Of a stretch of DNA of 64,000 bases, positions 18,450 through 28,268 are shown piece by piece (position 1 is the first letter of the stretch; each line of letters begins with the position of its first letter). Origin of the DNA: an uncultured bacterium. Its GTDB lineage: Bacteria > Verrucomicrobiota > Kiritimatiellia > CAIKKV01 > CAITUY01. The position numbers and the translations under genes were made by a program. The notes under the pieces were generated by a model. That model was not told where the DNA came from. It saw nothing but the letters and a program-made list of their open reading frames with translations, and made no database searches. The stretch is from NCBI GenBank assembly GCA_903908715.1, contig CAIVSY010000063.1:30113-94112 (forward strand), read 5' to 3'.

Positions 18450-19301
18450 ATGAAATACATCGAAATCCCTCTCTTCCCGACCCTGCCCCAGGCGCCCGAC
18501 GCAGGGGATGAAGAGGGAAGTTTGTCACCAAGCACTTTTATCCACTCGGTCGGCACACCCACGGTCACGGTCTATTTCCCACCCTGCCCGAACGGCACAT
18601 CCGTGGTCGTCTGTCCGGGCGGCGGCTATGCGGGGGTCTCCATCACATGGGAAGGCCACACCATAGCCCGCTGGCTTGCGAATTGGGGAATCACCCCCCT
18701 TGTCCTGAAATACCGGCTCCCCGAAGGACGCATCACCGAACCGCCCCTGCCCTTGCTCGATGCATGGCAGGCCCTGCGCGTCGCCCGCTCGAACTCTGCC
18801 GCATGGAAACTGGACCCCTCCAAAATCGGAATCATGGGGTTCAGCGCTGGCGGCCATCTGGCCCTGACCGCCGCCTTGCACCCCGGGAAAGCGGGACCTG
18901 CCGGACAGCCCTATGCAGGGGTCGAAGCCAGGGCTTGTTTCCAGATCCTCGCCTACCCGGTCGTGACTTTCCTGCCGCCCTATGCGCACAAAGGCTCCTG
19001 CAACAACCTGCTCGGAACCAATCCGCCGGAGGATCAGGTCCGCCGCTATTCGGGTGAACTGCACGTTACAGCAGACACTCCCCCGGCCTTCCTTGTGCAT
19101 GCGGATGACGACCCCGGCGTTCCCGTCCAGAACAGCCTGATGCTTCTGAAAGCCTTGCAGAAGGCAGGAGTCGATGCCGAACTGCTGCGTCACCCCACCG
19201 GTGGACACGGCTTCAGCCTCGGATTCAGCCTGGGCGTGCCTCATGCGCCCGACTGGTTGCCGCACCTCCACCACTGGATGCAGAAACGGCGATGGCTTTG
19301 A
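18450..19301 (+). CDS. Alpha/beta hydrolase (carbohydrate esterase-like)
   Basis: CPGGGY oxyanion motif, GFSAGG nucleophile elbow, TPPAFLVHADDD (Asp), GGHGF (His). Confidence 0.88.
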   Translation: MKYIEIPLFPTLPQAPDAGDEEGSLSPSTFIHSVGTPTVTVYFPPCPNGTSVVVCPGGGYAGVSITWEGHTIARWLANWGITPLVLKYRLPEGRITEPPLPLLDAWQALRVARSNSAAWKLDPSKIGIMGFSAGGHLALTAALHPGKAGPAGQPYAGVEARACFQILAYPVVTFLPPYAHKGSCNNLLGTNPPEDQVRRYSGELHVTADTPPAFLVHADDDPGVPVQNSLMLLKALQKAGVDAELLRHPTGGHGFSLGFSLGVPHAPDWLPHLHHWMQKRRWL

Positions 19302-19310
19302 CCGTGTCGG

Positions 19311-19868
19311 CTAGAGCCGCCCGATTTCAGGCACTTCCCGAACGGCAGACGGCACGTCGAAAAAACCTTCCGGCCCAAAGCCGAACAGTCCTGCAACAAG
19401 GCTGCTTGGAAAGGTTTCCCTCCGGTTCCGGTAGTCCCGCACATTGCCGTTGAAAAAACGCCGCGCCGCCTGGATCCGATCCTCCGTATTCACCAGTTCC
19501 TTCTGCAGAGCCAGGAAATGCTGGTCTGCCTTGAGCTGAGGATAGCGTTCCACAACGACCAGCAATTGCTGGATTGCCGCAACGAGCTTGGTCTCGTCAG
19601 TCGCCTGCTCCCCGGGTGTCCCGTTGTTCGCCACACATCGGCTCCGCAATTCCGTAACGCGTTGCAGCACCTCGCGCTCATGCGTTGCATACCCCTGAAC
19701 GGTGGCAACAAGGTTAGGAATAAGGTCGTACCTGCGTTTCAATTCCGTGTCAATGTTGCCCCAGGACTCCCGAATATGGTTCCGCAGACTGACAAGACTG
19801 TTATAGGTAAGAATGACAAACAGGCCAGGGGGCATGAGAATGAGCATACCGATTACACAAATAATCAT
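19311..19868 (-). CDS. lemA: LemA family protein
   Basis: YNSLV.LRN...W.NID..LKRRYDLIPNLV, YPQLKAD..F, EDRIQAARRFFN. Confidence 0.95.
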   Translation of the reverse strand: MIICVIGMLILMPPGLFVILTYNSLVSLRNHIRESWGNIDTELKRRYDLIPNLVATVQGYATHEREVLQRVTELRSRCVANNGTPGEQATDETKLVAAIQQLLVVVERYPQLKADQHFLALQKELVNTEDRIQAARRFFNGNVRDYRNRRETFPSSLVAGLFGFGPEGFFDVPSAVREVPEIGRL

Positions 19869-20536
19869 GCGCCCCTCGCTGCAAAAAGATAATCCGGTAT
19901 GCGGGTCCGTATCTCTACAAGCCGGTTCAGGTTTGCCTCCACCTTCGCCACATCCATCCGCGAGTCAAAGAGCATGGCCAGCGAGGACTTCTCGATCTCG
20001 ATCGAAACATCCGGATTCCCAAGCAGATACTCGATCATGCGCGCATTGCACACATCATAGGCAAACTTCCGGTCGAGGGAACGGACGCAGAAACGCCGGG
20101 AAAACTCATGGGACTCGAAGTCGATATCGTCGTAGCCGAATGCCTGCGCGATCTTGGATAGCCAGCTTTCCCGTCCAATGGTGAGTTCCGGAAAATGCGC
20201 AGGCATCACCAACAGGTAAAAACTGATGTAATGATGATGGGTCTGGCGACGCCCCTTGGAATCCGTGGAGTGAGTCTCATAATGAAAATCACCGGCAATC
20301 ACCGGGTAGTTCCGGAAGGAACCCCTCATGACATTGAACGCATACCGGTTCTCCCCCCTCGCCAGCTTGTCCAGAAAAGCCATTTGTGATGCTAGCGTAT
20401 GGTCGTGGTCCACACTGAACCGCAACCCCAGTCGGGCGGCAAGCGCCGCAAGTGCCTCCCTTCGTTTCTTGTCGGCGAAATACCCGACAATCGAGAGGGC
20501 GACAAACACCAACACAATAATCAGAACAACTCTCAT
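19865..20536 (-). CDS. Hypothetical membrane-anchored protein (DUF3137-like), coupled to lemA
   Basis: N-terminal TM helix, then DIDFES.EFSRRF.V.S.D.KFA; ATGA overlap with lemA. Confidence 0.7.
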   Translation of the reverse strand: MRVVLIIVLVFVALSIVGYFADKKRREALAALAARLGLRFSVDHDHTLASQMAFLDKLARGENRYAFNVMRGSFRNYPVIAGDFHYETHSTDSKGRRQTHHHYISFYLLVMPAHFPELTIGRESWLSKIAQAFGYDDIDFESHEFSRRFCVRSLDRKFAYDVCNARMIEYLLGNPDVSIEIEKSSLAMLFDSRMDVAKVEANLNRLVEIRTRIPDYLFAARGA

Positions 20537-20668
20537 GATGCAGCCTGTTCGAAAGATAGGTCAATCCACCGCATTTGACAATGGCACATAATTCATTCGC
20601 CGCACAGGGCTTGACTTACCCCATGAGAGTGACACAATGGCGGCCCTGCATGTAATGACCAAGGAGAT

Positions 20669-21892
20669 ATGACGATGAATATCCGACCCCTTCAATCCCT
20701 GCGAGCCCGGCCTGATCTGGCATCACGAGTTGCATCCGTCCCCTACGATGTCGTCGATACCCGGGAGGCACGCATCCTGGCGGAAGGGAACCCATACAGT
20801 TTTCTCCATGTCTCACGTGCCGAAATCGGAATGCCGGACAGTACCGATCCGTATTCCGAGGCAGTCTATGCACGCGGCCACGGAAACCTGATCCGTTTCG
20901 AACAGGAAAAGACCCTGTTGCGCGATACCGCCGCACACCTCTACCTTTATCGCCAGACCATGGGTACCCATGTGCAGCGCGGCATCACGGCATGCTGTTC
21001 CACCCTTGACTACGACCACCACATCATCAAGACCCATGAAAAGACACGGCAGGATAAGGAAGATGACCGGACGCGCCACATTAAGACCTTGAAAGCCCAG
21101 ACTGGTCCTGTCTTCCTGGTCTACCGGGACAAACCGGAAATCGACCGACTGGTCGCCACCATTGAACAAACCCATCCTCTGTTTGATTTCGTCGCTGCCG
21201 ACGGTATCGGTCATACTGGCTGGACTTGTCCTGATTCCGCGACCCTCATGGCACTCTTCGCGGATGTTCCGGCCGCCTATATCGCGGATGGACATCACCG
21301 TGCAGCCGCGGCATCCCGTGTGGCAAAGGAATGCCGCGCCGCGAATCGCCACCACGACGGCAGCGAGGAATACAACTGGTTTCTCGGCGTCCTGTTTCCC
21401 GCCAGCCAAGTTCAGGTTCTCCCTTACAACCGGCTTGTGAAGGATTTGAACGGACTCACGACAGCGGCCTTCCTGGAGAAAGTTACTCCGCTCTTCCATA
21501 TCTCCGACGCGTCCACGCCCTCGCCCTCCCGCCCGGGCACCGCCTGTATGTACCTGCAAGGCAAGTGGTATAATCTTTCGTGGTCCGTGCCCACTGGCGC
21601 CAAACCAGAGGATCGGCTGGATGTAACCGTCCTTCAAGAGCGCCTCCTGGGGCCAATACTCGGAATCTCCGATCCCCGCACCAGCAAACGCATCGAGTTC
21701 TCAGGCGGAATCCGTGGAACACATGAACTGGAACAACGCGTCCAGACTGGAGAGGCAACTGTCGCTTTTTCAATGCACCCGACAACCGTACAGCAAATGC
21801 TGGATATCGCGGATGCTGGCGGCATCATGCCTCCCAAGAGCACATGGTTTGAACCCAAGCTCCGTGACGGCTTGTTTGTCCACACAATCTAG
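20669..21892 (+). CDS. DUF1015 family protein (ParB/Srx-like nucleotide-binding fold)
   Basis: PYDVV, NPYSFLHV, IKTHEKT, YIADGHHR.A, PKSTWFEPKLRDGL; AAGGAG SD. Confidence 0.9.
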   Translation: MTMNIRPLQSLRARPDLASRVASVPYDVVDTREARILAEGNPYSFLHVSRAEIGMPDSTDPYSEAVYARGHGNLIRFEQEKTLLRDTAAHLYLYRQTMGTHVQRGITACCSTLDYDHHIIKTHEKTRQDKEDDRTRHIKTLKAQTGPVFLVYRDKPEIDRLVATIEQTHPLFDFVAADGIGHTGWTCPDSATLMALFADVPAAYIADGHHRAAAASRVAKECRAANRHHDGSEEYNWFLGVLFPASQVQVLPYNRLVKDLNGLTTAAFLEKVTPLFHISDASTPSPSRPGTACMYLQGKWYNLSWSVPTGAKPEDRLDVTVLQERLLGPILGISDPRTSKRIEFSGGIRGTHELEQRVQTGEATVAFSMHPTTVQQMLDIADAGGIMPPKSTWFEPKLRDGLFVHTI

Positions 21893-21943
21893 GAACGAGT
21901 AACCCTCGACAGGGAATTGGACATCTGTTACGTTCCCGGTTCA

Positions 21944-22342
21944 ATGAATCCGCGTATTCTCGTTCTCGAGGACGATCAGGCACTCTGCAAAATATATTCC
22001 ATTGTTCTAAGGAAAATGGGGTTTGCCCCGGATTTCGCGCCTTGCGGTGAGGACGCAATTGCTCTGTATACCCAGGCGAATACCTCAGCCGCACCTTATG
22101 CGGCTGTCATCCTTGACCTGTTTGTCGTCCATGGCATGGGCGGACTCGAAACCTGCGAGAAACTCCGCGCGATCAGCCCGCAGGTTTACACGATTGTAGC
22201 AAGCGGCTCTTCCAAGGAAACGCTCTCCTCGGAATATCAGGAGAAAGGTTTTACCGATTTTCTTGCAAAACCGTTCCGTGTACAGGATCTTGAGGAATGT
22301 CTTACCCGCATGAAGACCAGACTGGCACAGGCAGGCACATGA
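21944..22342 (+). CDS. Single-domain response regulator (receiver only)
   Basis: ILVLEDD, VILDL (phospho-Asp), ASG, KPF. Confidence 0.85.
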   Translation: MNPRILVLEDDQALCKIYSIVLRKMGFAPDFAPCGEDAIALYTQANTSAAPYAAVILDLFVVHGMGGLETCEKLRAISPQVYTIVASGSSKETLSSEYQEKGFTDFLAKPFRVQDLEECLTRMKTRLAQAGT

Positions 22343-23157
22343 AAAAAACGGTTCACCCTGTTCTTCGTCTGGGTGGGGCTCTACCCCTGATTGAAGTCCT
22401 GCATGAGGATGACGACCTCATTGCAGTCAACAAGCCCGCAGGCATGCTGACCGCACCCGACCGCTGGGATCGGCACCGGCAGAATCTCATAGGGCTACTG
22501 CACACAGGGATTCGCGATAAGCGCCCCTGGGCGATAGAGCGCACGCTGACCTATCTGGCCAATGTTCACCGCCTGGATGCCGGCACCAGCGGAGTTCTCC
22601 TTCTGGCTCGTTCGAAACGGGCGCTCGTTCAACTGGCAGCACAGTTCAAGCAGCGGCAAACCCGGAAAGCCTATCTCGCCCTCGTGGAAGGCACTCCACT
22701 ACAGCCCGAAATGGACATTCACCTTCCTCTGGCCCCAAGCCTCCGGCATCCCGGACTCTCCGAGGTGAACCAGGCCCATGGGAAGCCCGCACTCACACGC
22801 ATCAGCCTGCTGGAGAACTTCCGGGGGTATTCCCTGCTCCGGGCCGAACCTCTCACCGGTCGCCTCCACCAGATCCGTGTCCACTTGCGGGAAATCGGCT
22901 GTCCACTTGTGGCGGATCCGGACTATAGCAATGGACTGCCTCTCCTTCTTTCCCGCCTGAAGAAACGGTACAAACTGAAACCCGAAGGCGAAAAGCCGCT
23001 TTTGGCCCGGCCGGCACTCCATGCCGAACAACTGGAAATCCGGCACCCCTCTACAGGGGAACCGATCGTGATAACCGCACCCTGGCCAAACGATCTGACA
23101 GTGGCGGTAAAATATCTTCGCCGATTCGCCGCCGGACCATCCCCCAAGGGGTCCTGA
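22339..23157 (+). CDS. RluA-family pseudouridine synthase
   Basis: VNKPAGML, VHRLDAGTSG (catalytic Asp), TGRLHQIRVH, LHA..L.I.HP. Confidence 0.93.
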   Translation: MKKTVHPVLRLGGALPLIEVLHEDDDLIAVNKPAGMLTAPDRWDRHRQNLIGLLHTGIRDKRPWAIERTLTYLANVHRLDAGTSGVLLLARSKRALVQLAAQFKQRQTRKAYLALVEGTPLQPEMDIHLPLAPSLRHPGLSEVNQAHGKPALTRISLLENFRGYSLLRAEPLTGRLHQIRVHLREIGCPLVADPDYSNGLPLLLSRLKKRYKLKPEGEKPLLARPALHAEQLEIRHPSTGEPIVITAPWPNDLTVAVKYLRRFAAGPSPKGS

Positions 23158-23312
23158 GGCGACACACCTCGGGCACACCCGCAAAACTGCTTGTTTCATC
23201 CCTCCCGTTCTGCAATCATCCGGCGCAGAAAAGTGTGCCCGGCATACTGCCTGACGACCGGCAAGAAGGCAGCAGGCGCGGCTTACATCCGAGATTACTT
23301 GTTGTTCCACCT

Positions 23313-24707
23313 ATGCGCTATATCAGCACAAGAGGAAGCCAGACACCCCTGGGATTCAGTGATGCCGTGATGACGGGCCTCGCACGGGATGGCGGCCTGC
23401 TACTCCCGGCGGAAATCCCTTATGTCGCAGACCGGCTCCCCTCGTGGCAATCCCTTTCCTACACCGATCTCGCCTTTGAAATCATGCGCCTGTTCTGCGA
23501 CATCCCGCAGGATGAACTTCAAGCCATCATCCATCGCAGCTACCACTCTTTCCACCACCCCGACGTAACACCCGTTGTAAGCGTCAACAACATCCACATC
23601 CTGGAACTCTTCCATGGCCCGACGCTTGCGTTCAAGGACGTAGCTTTACAGTTCCTCGGCAACATCTTTGAATACATACTGGACCAGAGGAATCGCGAGT
23701 TGAACATCCTCGCCGCCACCAGTGGCGACACCGGGAGCGCAGCCATTTGCGGCGTTAGGGGTCGCGATCATATCCGCATCTTCGTCATGCACCCCCGTGG
23801 CCGTGTCAGCCCGACTCAGGAACGCCAGATGACCAGCGTCCTGGATGAAAATGTCTTCAACATCGCCGTGCAAGGCACTTTCGATGATTGCCAGCGGATC
23901 ATGAAGGAACTCTTCAGCGATCTCTCGTTCAAAGACAGTCATTTCCTTGGAACCGTCAATTCCATCAACTGGGCCCGTGTGCTCGCGCAGGTGGTCTACT
24001 ACTTCTTCGCCGCCTTCCGCGTCATGCGGCTCACCTCCTGCAAGCGCGTACGCTTTGCCGTCCCGACAGGGAATTTCGGAGATATCTTCGCCGGTTATGT
24101 CGCTCAGCGGATGGGCTTACCCATCGGACAGCTTATCCTGGCAACAAATGAAAACGACATTTTGACACGCTTTTTCAATATCGGCGAGTATAAGCAAGGG
24201 AGCGTCCACGCCACCATCAGCCCGTCCATGGACATCCAGGTGGCTAGTAATTTCGAACGGTACCTCTACTACCGGCTGGGAGAAGACCCCATCCGTCTGC
24301 GCGAAGAGATGGCGGCTTTCAGCACAACCGGGAGGTTGACTGTAACCCCTCTCCCTGACGGTCGCGTGGACGACCTCATCTCAGCCGGAGCAGTCGGCAC
24401 GGCGCAGACCCTGGCCACTATCCGCACGTTCCACCAGCAGTACGGATACCTTCTGGACCCCCACACTGCCGTTGGCATCCATGTCGCGCAGCAGCATTTG
24501 TGCAGGAACGAGCCGATGATCTGCCTGGCCACGGCACATCCGGCCAAGTTCAGCCAGGCCATTGAGAACGCGACCGGGCAGGATCTGGCCCATCATCCGC
24601 TACTCGACGCCCTAGCCGATTTGCCGACCCGGTGCGCCGTTCTGCCTGCCACACAGGGTGCGATCCGATCCCATATTCAGCGCTCCCTGATCTCACAGCC
24701 CGAATAG
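23313..24707 (+). CDS. thrC: Threonine synthase
   Basis: MRYISTRG, ELFHGPTLAFKD (PLP Lys), ATSGDTG, NSINWAR, VPTGNFG, LATAHPAKF. Confidence 0.96.
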   Translation: MRYISTRGSQTPLGFSDAVMTGLARDGGLLLPAEIPYVADRLPSWQSLSYTDLAFEIMRLFCDIPQDELQAIIHRSYHSFHHPDVTPVVSVNNIHILELFHGPTLAFKDVALQFLGNIFEYILDQRNRELNILAATSGDTGSAAICGVRGRDHIRIFVMHPRGRVSPTQERQMTSVLDENVFNIAVQGTFDDCQRIMKELFSDLSFKDSHFLGTVNSINWARVLAQVVYYFFAAFRVMRLTSCKRVRFAVPTGNFGDIFAGYVAQRMGLPIGQLILATNENDILTRFFNIGEYKQGSVHATISPSMDIQVASNFERYLYYRLGEDPIRLREEMAAFSTTGRLTVTPLPDGRVDDLISAGAVGTAQTLATIRTFHQQYGYLLDPHTAVGIHVAQQHLCRNEPMICLATAHPAKFSQAIENATGQDLAHHPLLDALADLPTRCAVLPATQGAIRSHIQRSLISQPE

Positions 24708-24727
24708 CCGCACGCCAAGGACCGCCC

Positions 24728-25117
24728 CTGAAAATCCTCCTGCAGATTCGACGCTACCTGACAATCGGCATGGCGGCCGCGCTGACGGATTTCTGCCTTT
24801 ATGGACTTATGGTCCGATTCGCAGGATTGCCGCCTGTAATCGCCAACCTGATCAGCCGTCCAACAGGCGGCCTGGTCAGCTTTCTGGGCAACAAGATGTG
24901 GACGTTCGAACGCCGCACACTGGCTGGCACACGAGCCCAGGCACTGCGCTTCCTCGCCACTTGGATTTGCGCATACGCTGCATCAGAGATTCTGGTGTGG
25001 CTCTTCCATGACCGGCTTGGTTTCACTCCCCTGCCGGCCAAGGTGTCCGCGGAAGCCATCGCCTGCAGCGGTGTCTTCCTGACCCACCGCGTCTGGACCT
25101 TTGCCGCCCGCCGCTGA
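24728..25117 (+). CDS. GtrA-like small membrane protein (lipid-linked sugar flippase family); start uncertain
   Basis: RYLTIG.AAALTDF.LY, ANLIS, FLGNK.WTF, RVWTF; 4 TM segments. ORF track start 24632 overlaps thrC, so the start here is approximate. Confidence 0.75.
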   Translation: MKILLQIRRYLTIGMAAALTDFCLYGLMVRFAGLPPVIANLISRPTGGLVSFLGNKMWTFERRTLAGTRAQALRFLATWICAYAASEILVWLFHDRLGFTPLPAKVSAEAIACSGVFLTHRVWTFAARR

Positions 25118-26053
25118 ACCGGCAACTGCCTCTATCTCGCTTTCCTCCAGTACGACCCGAACCGCCCCCAGCGCCAGTTCATAATCCATAACCAGCGGGA
25201 CCAAGGCATCCACGGGAGCCGCTCTGGATGCCTCTGTCAGCGCAGGATCCCCCACTTCCCCAGCCAGAGTGGAGAAGGGTATCCCCCAAGCCTGGAAATC
25301 ACGGACGCGAACGCCCCCCCCTTTCTCCAGTTCAGTCCGAATGTATAAGGCACGGAACCGGTTCCGACGGAGACAAATCGGACTGCAGCCTGCCTGTGCA
25401 TCGAGCCGGATCCGGACAACACGGCCTTCCATGTTGACCGCAATGGTCCCGGCATCAGCCGGCAACTTGCCCGTTGACTCCCCGCGGTATTTCAAGTCAA
25501 GGAATGAAAGAATAGTCCCGACCTGCTGGCTGAGCCGGTACAACGCCTCCGGCGCCGTCAGGTTTGTACTCACCGTACCCGTCAGCAAGTCCCGCTTGCG
25601 GTACTCCATGAAACCGCCCTGGGCGTCATAAAAGGACACGGCCCGGCTGACGGAACTGCGCCCGAAAACAGGATTCAACTGCTGGTCGATTTCCTTGGCA
25701 AAAACCAGGGCGTTCATTCCGGGCACATCGAGAACCGCAACCATACGGTCATTGATCCTTGTCCGGCCGCCTTCTCCTCTCAGGTGATCCTTTGATCTCA
25801 CACGAATATCCACAAGAACAGCCGGGACCTCTTTGCCGGTACGCCCATGCTTCCAAGTGCCCATCGTGCTCACCAGTTCCATTCGCCCCAGATAACCCAG
25901 TTCCATGCCGAGAAAACGGTAGGTAATGTCGTAGGTCATCCGCACCGGCGCTGCTTGCCCCTGAAAACGGCTCGACACATCATCCAGCGATTCCATGGCC
26001 TGTAACCGAACGGCCAACAAGATAACTGCCATCAGCAACCAGCGCCTCATCAT
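24983..26053 (-). CDS. Hypothetical exported protein
   Basis: Signal peptide MMRRWLLMAVILLAVRLQA; AGGAGG SD inside the rnr tail; ATGA overlap with rnr. The last 45 codons overlap gtrA. Confidence 0.6.
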   Translation of the reverse strand: MMRRWLLMAVILLAVRLQAMESLDDVSSRFQGQAAPVRMTYDITYRFLGMELGYLGRMELVSTMGTWKHGRTGKEVPAVLVDIRVRSKDHLRGEGGRTRINDRMVAVLDVPGMNALVFAKEIDQQLNPVFGRSSVSRAVSFYDAQGGFMEYRKRDLLTGTVSTNLTAPEALYRLSQQVGTILSFLDLKYRGESTGKLPADAGTIAVNMEGRVVRIRLDAQAGCSPICLRRNRFRALYIRTELEKGGGVRVRDFQAWGIPFSTLAGEVGDPALTEASRAAPVDALVPLVMDYELALGAVRVVLEESEIEAVAGSAAGGKGPDAVGQEDTAAGDGFRGHLGRQGSETKPVMEEPHQNL

Positions 26054-28260
26054 GATCTCTGCCGCCTCCTCCTATGGCCCGCAGCCCCCCCCCCGCGCTT
26101 CCTTACTTCAGCGGACTTCGGGCGCACGGGCGCAAAGTCAATCTTACGCTTGTCGAAATCCACCCTCGTGGGTAAGACCCGCAACCGGGTCCCCACCTTG
26201 AACACTTCCTTCCCCACCCTCAGGGCGTGTGCACCGGGATCAAAACGGACAAAATGCTCTGAAAGAGTGGACACATGCACTAATCCTTGCACATCCAGGT
26301 CATCTAATTCGATGAACAGCCCGAAATTCGCCACCTTGACCACAACCGCCTCATATTCCTGAGGTTTGGCCTGCTCCAATTGCTGCGCGAGGAATCGATA
26401 CTTCTTTATCTCCAGAAGATCGCGCTCGGCCTGCTCGGCCGATCGTTCCGTATCGGAGCAATGAAGCGACAGCCGGTCCAGTTCCTCAAGCCGGTACGGG
26501 GTCGTACGCCGCTCAAGGGCAGACGCCAGCAACCGATGGATCACAAGGTCCGGGTAACGGCGGATCGGCGATGTGAAATGAGCATAGTACTTCTTCGCCA
26601 ATCCGAAATGCCCGCCATCCCTGGCAGAATAGATCGCCCGTTTCATGCTGCGCAGGATCGCCATCTGGGCCGAATGCGCCAAGGGGGTATTCCGGATACG
26701 CTGGACAAATTGCATCAAGTTCGACCTCTGCCGCAAATCACCCGGCTGGTACCCCATGTCGCGCAATTCCTCACGGAGAAGTTCCAACTTGTCTTCCATT
26801 GGCGGCTCGTGCAACCGGTGTATCAGCCGAATCCCGCGCCCGCTGAGCTCACGATCGACGGCCTCATTGGCTGCCACCATGCACTCCTCGATCATCTGAT
26901 GCGAGATATCGTTGACCACAGGACGGATATCCTCAATCATCCCATCCTTGCCAATGACGATCTGGCTCTCCGGCAGGTCAATATCCAAAGCATACTGCTG
27001 CATCCGCCGCTGTCGGAGAGTCATCGCCAGTTCGCAGACCGCCCTGATCAGGCTCATCACATCCTCACCCACTCCATCCACCTTGCAGCGCATGCCCACA
27101 GGGCACTGCAAAACCTGTAGCGCCTGCTCATATGTCAGTCGAAGTTTGGAGTGAATGATGCTTCGCTCAAAACGGGAACTCACGAGGCGTCCCGTCTCAT
27201 CAAAAGTCATGAACACCGAGAATGCCAACCGGTCCTGGCCGGGCTTCAGACTGCAAAGTCCGTTGGACAATTCCTCCGGCAGCATCGGGATCACCTTGTC
27301 CGGAAGATAAACGCTGTTCCCGCGTTTTGCGGCCTCATTATCCAGCGCACTTCCCGGTCTTACAAAATGACAGACATCCGCAATGTGAACCCCGAGAACC
27401 CTCAGCCCCTGCTCGTCCCGCTCCAGGGAAAGGGCATCATCAAAATCCCGAGCGGTTGCCGGGTCGACCGTGAAAATGAACTTCTTCCGCAAATCCAGTC
27501 TCCGGGCCGTCTCCTCCATCCGGCCGGCCGCCCGCTCCGCCTCCGCCATGACCTCGCCGGGGAACTCCAGCGGTAGATCGTAATTGCGCATGACGGCCAG
27601 GGTGTCTAGCGAAGGGTTGTCCGCCGGGCCGATAACCTCAATAATCTCCGCCTCGGGATTCACGTGCCGGTTCTCCCAGTTGGTGAACTGGATCACGACC
27701 CGATCCTCCAGTTGGGCACCAGCGGCATCCGGCACATAGAAATCCTGCTGGTAGGAGGGATCCATCGGCACCACATACAGGAACCGGCCCGTGCTGCGCA
27801 GTGTGCCAACCACAACCCGCTTTGCGCGCTCCACGATCCGTATCACAGAGCCGTACCGCTGCCATTCGGGGGCCCCGGGGCGCGGCGGCGCCAGACGCAC
27901 CACCACCAAGTCACCCGGTAGCGCGGTCCCGATCTCGCCACGCTCAATCGCAACCCCGAACGACTGCCCGCTTTCTGTGAGGTACCCTGCGCCCGATCTC
28001 TTGATCTCAATCCTGCCGGTCACGAGATCCGCAGGCGCTCCGAGCGTATAACGCGTCTTGCGAATCATGACAATCTCACCATTGGCAACCATCTGTTGTA
28101 ACAGTTGCGCCAGCGCCCGACGCCCGGCCCCGCCAATTTTCATCGCTTCGGCAATTTCCGGAGCGGTCATCGGCGTATACCCGGGCTTGCGGAACAACTC
28201 CATCACAGCCTCGTGCTCAACTTGTTGTCCAGCCCTTCGCTTGCCCATAGATTTCTCCAT
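26050..28260 (-). CDS. rnr: Ribonuclease R
   Basis: TVDPATARDFDDA, VHIADV, GNSVY, HFTSPIRRYPDL..HR, C-terminal S1 domain, basic tail. Confidence 0.95.
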   Translation of the reverse strand: MEKSMGKRRAGQQVEHEAVMELFRKPGYTPMTAPEIAEAMKIGGAGRRALAQLLQQMVANGEIVMIRKTRYTLGAPADLVTGRIEIKRSGAGYLTESGQSFGVAIERGEIGTALPGDLVVVRLAPPRPGAPEWQRYGSVIRIVERAKRVVVGTLRSTGRFLYVVPMDPSYQQDFYVPDAAGAQLEDRVVIQFTNWENRHVNPEAEIIEVIGPADNPSLDTLAVMRNYDLPLEFPGEVMAEAERAAGRMEETARRLDLRKKFIFTVDPATARDFDDALSLERDEQGLRVLGVHIADVCHFVRPGSALDNEAAKRGNSVYLPDKVIPMLPEELSNGLCSLKPGQDRLAFSVFMTFDETGRLVSSRFERSIIHSKLRLTYEQALQVLQCPVGMRCKVDGVGEDVMSLIRAVCELAMTLRQRRMQQYALDIDLPESQIVIGKDGMIEDIRPVVNDISHQMIEECMVAANEAVDRELSGRGIRLIHRLHEPPMEDKLELLREELRDMGYQPGDLRQRSNLMQFVQRIRNTPLAHSAQMAILRSMKRAIYSARDGGHFGLAKKYYAHFTSPIRRYPDLVIHRLLASALERRTTPYRLEELDRLSLHCSDTERSAEQAERDLLEIKKYRFLAQQLEQAKPQEYEAVVVKVANFGLFIELDDLDVQGLVHVSTLSEHFVRFDPGAHALRVGKEVFKVGTRLRVLPTRVDFDKRKIDFAPVRPKSAEVRKRGGGAAGHRRRRQRS

Positions 28261-28268
28261 TCAACACC

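Noticed and set aside
26085-26094. G10 tract in the rnr tail as a phase-variation site
   Set aside because: It encodes a Gly-rich disordered tail after all functional domains, and the frame of the next gene has a TAG before its start, so no fusion results.
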